This document shows, piece after piece, positions 46,389-47,751 of a DNA stretch of 47,751 nucleotides (its first letter is position 1; every line of letters starts with the position of its first letter). The notes under the pieces were generated by a model. That model made no database searches. It was not told where the DNA came from and saw only the letters and a list, made by a program, of their open reading frames with translations. Both the position numbers and the translations under genes were made by a program. The DNA lies in assembly GCA_020724065.1 (NCBI GenBank), contig DYHQ01000004.1, positions 1 through 47,751 of the forward strand, written 5' to 3'. This stretch comes from Candidatus Puniceispirillum sp. (GTDB taxonomy: Bacteria; Electryoneota; RPQS01; DYHQ01).

Positions 46389-47751
46389 TCAGGACTTCAT
46401 TCGCCGCCGCGAGCACTTCATTTCCCTCCTGGCCATTCTCGGAGTGGCCCTTCTCATCGCTCAACTGGTCCGCATTCAACTTGTCGGTCATGATTTCTGG
46501 GAAAGGGAAGCGCGAAAACAGGAATTGGTGTGGGTCAAGCAGCGAGCGTCGCGTGGCGATATCTTGGACCGAACCAGACGCCCTCTGGCGATTTCTCTTC
46601 CGCTCACCTATGCCATCGGGTTCCGACCTGACGAATGCTCTGACAGAACTTCGCTTCTGAGGCAACTCGAATCCTTGCTCGATCCGATGAACAAAGACTG
46701 GAAAACGCGCGTGCTTCATGGCAGCAAGTTCACTTATTTGGAGCGTCGCGTTGGCCGACAAACTGCCGAGAAGATAGAAACGCTGAAGCTCGCATGCCTG
46801 GAGCTTTGTCCAGAACCGCGCCGCAGCTATCCTTGCGGCAATCTTGCCGCCTCCGTCATCGGATTTGCAGACATAGATGAAGCCGGTCGGGAAGGGATTG
46901 AATTGGCATTCGACGAAGTGCTGCAAGGAGATGACGCGCAGGAACTTGTCTGGCGAGATGCCAATGGCCGACCTTATTTGGCTCTGTCGAACAATGGAGA
47001 AAGTGTCTCGATCGGAGCCGACATTCAACTGACCATTGACATCGCATTGCAGGCAATTGTCGAAGAAGAACTTCGGGAGGCGATGCAGATTCAAAAAAGT
47101 GCGCGAGCTTGCGCTCTATTGACGGATCCACGGAGCGGCCAGATTCTGGCTTTGGCCACCTACCCCGGCTTCGATGCCAACCGTCCGGGTCTCGCTCCCG
47201 CAGAGAATAAGAAATGTTGGCCCATCACCGATGTTATGGAACATGGGAGCACACTCAAACTCTTCGCTTTCGCCGGTGCGCTTTCAACGAATCTCTTCAG
47301 TTCAGATGAGGTAGTTTTTTGCGAGAACGGTCGCCTGTCTATGCCGGGCACTGTCATCCACGATGCGACGCCACATGGCTATTTGACTTTTGCCGAAGTC
47401 TTGCATAAGTCGTCCAACATCGGGACCGTGAAAATCGCTCAGCGGCTGGGCAAAAATAGTCTCTATGAAATGGCCCGCTGCTTTGGCTTTGGGACACCGA
47501 CGGGGATTTCTTTCCCCGGCGAGCAAGCCGGCCAGCTTCCACCGCCTCACCAGTGGTCAGGAACGAGTCTGGCGAATTTTCCTATCGGCCACGGGCTCAT
47601 TGCAACTCCTCTGCAAGTAGCCATGGCATACGGCGCTGTCGCCAATGGCGGATACCTTATGAAGCCCCTTATTGTCAAGCGAATCTATCATCCGTTGGGC
47701 ACGATTGAAGAAGTGAATCCCACGATTATCCGCCAGGCTATTCCGACTTCG
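46381..47751 (+). CDS. ftsI: Class B penicillin-binding protein FtsI/PBP3, truncated by the window edge
   Basis: Hand translation from ATG 46381: TM, ASRGDILDR, RRSYP, GREGIE, LTIDIALQ, GQILALA, SxxK (HGSTLK), SxN (KSSNIG) and TPLQ. Confidence 0.93.
   Translation, partial: MNSQDFIRRREHFISLLAILGVALLIAQLVRIQLVGHDFWEREARKQELVWVKQRASRGDILDRTRRPLAISLPLTYAIGFRPDECSDRTSLLRQLESLLDPMNKDWKTRVLHGSKFTYLERRVGRQTAEKIETLKLACLELCPEPRRSYPCGNLAASVIGFADIDEAGREGIELAFDEVLQGDDAQELVWRDANGRPYLALSNNGESVSIGADIQLTIDIALQAIVEEELREAMQIQKSARACALLTDPRSGQILALATYPGFDANRPGLAPAENKKCWPITDVMEHGSTLKLFAFAGALSTNLFSSDEVVFCENGRLSMPGTVIHDATPHGYLTFAEVLHKSSNIGTVKIAQRLGKNSLYEMARCFGFGTPTGISFPGEQAGQLPPPHQWSGTSLANFPIGHGLIATPLQVAMAYGAVANGGYLMKPLIVKRIYHPLGTIEEVNPTIIRQAIPTS

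Overview
A gene-dense bacterial chromosomal window, roughly mid-50s % GC by eye, with about 33 CDS and no rRNA, tRNA, CRISPR array, prophage or intact transposase that I can see. Secreted proteins with T9SS-like C-terminal domains, an Omp85 protein and PFOR suggest a diderm, anaerobic, peptide-degrading organism near the FCB group (inference). Left part: truncated MFS transporter, crotonase divergent from pyruvate:ferredoxin oxidoreductase, a 944-aa secreted protein, an S8 protease, a frameshifted MFS gene, a nested MITE cluster, a NatB-CPBP fusion, NUDIX, a PDZ-only protein and P5C dehydrogenase. Middle part: a minus-strand proteolysis block (hsp20-lon-comF; pepP-S8-coaE-S9), a secreted EEP nuclease, tatA and an HTH-receiver regulator. 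Right part: a ccsA / metallopeptidase-propeller-Omp85 / mlaE / mlaF run, a TolB-like lipoprotein, tldD-pmbA and the start of the dcw cluster (mraZ-STAS-rsmH-ftsL-ftsI). The best leads are the Omp85-peptidase plus MlaEF unit without MlaD, a STAS gene lacking its phospho-Ser wedged into dcw, a CxxDxxC Fe-S motif in PFOR, two distinct C-terminal sorting-like domains, a REP doublet that encodes part of a lipoprotein signal peptide, a MITE inside a MITE with an intact target duplication, and a possible ACG start codon. All calls come from reading motifs by eye; no database search was run.
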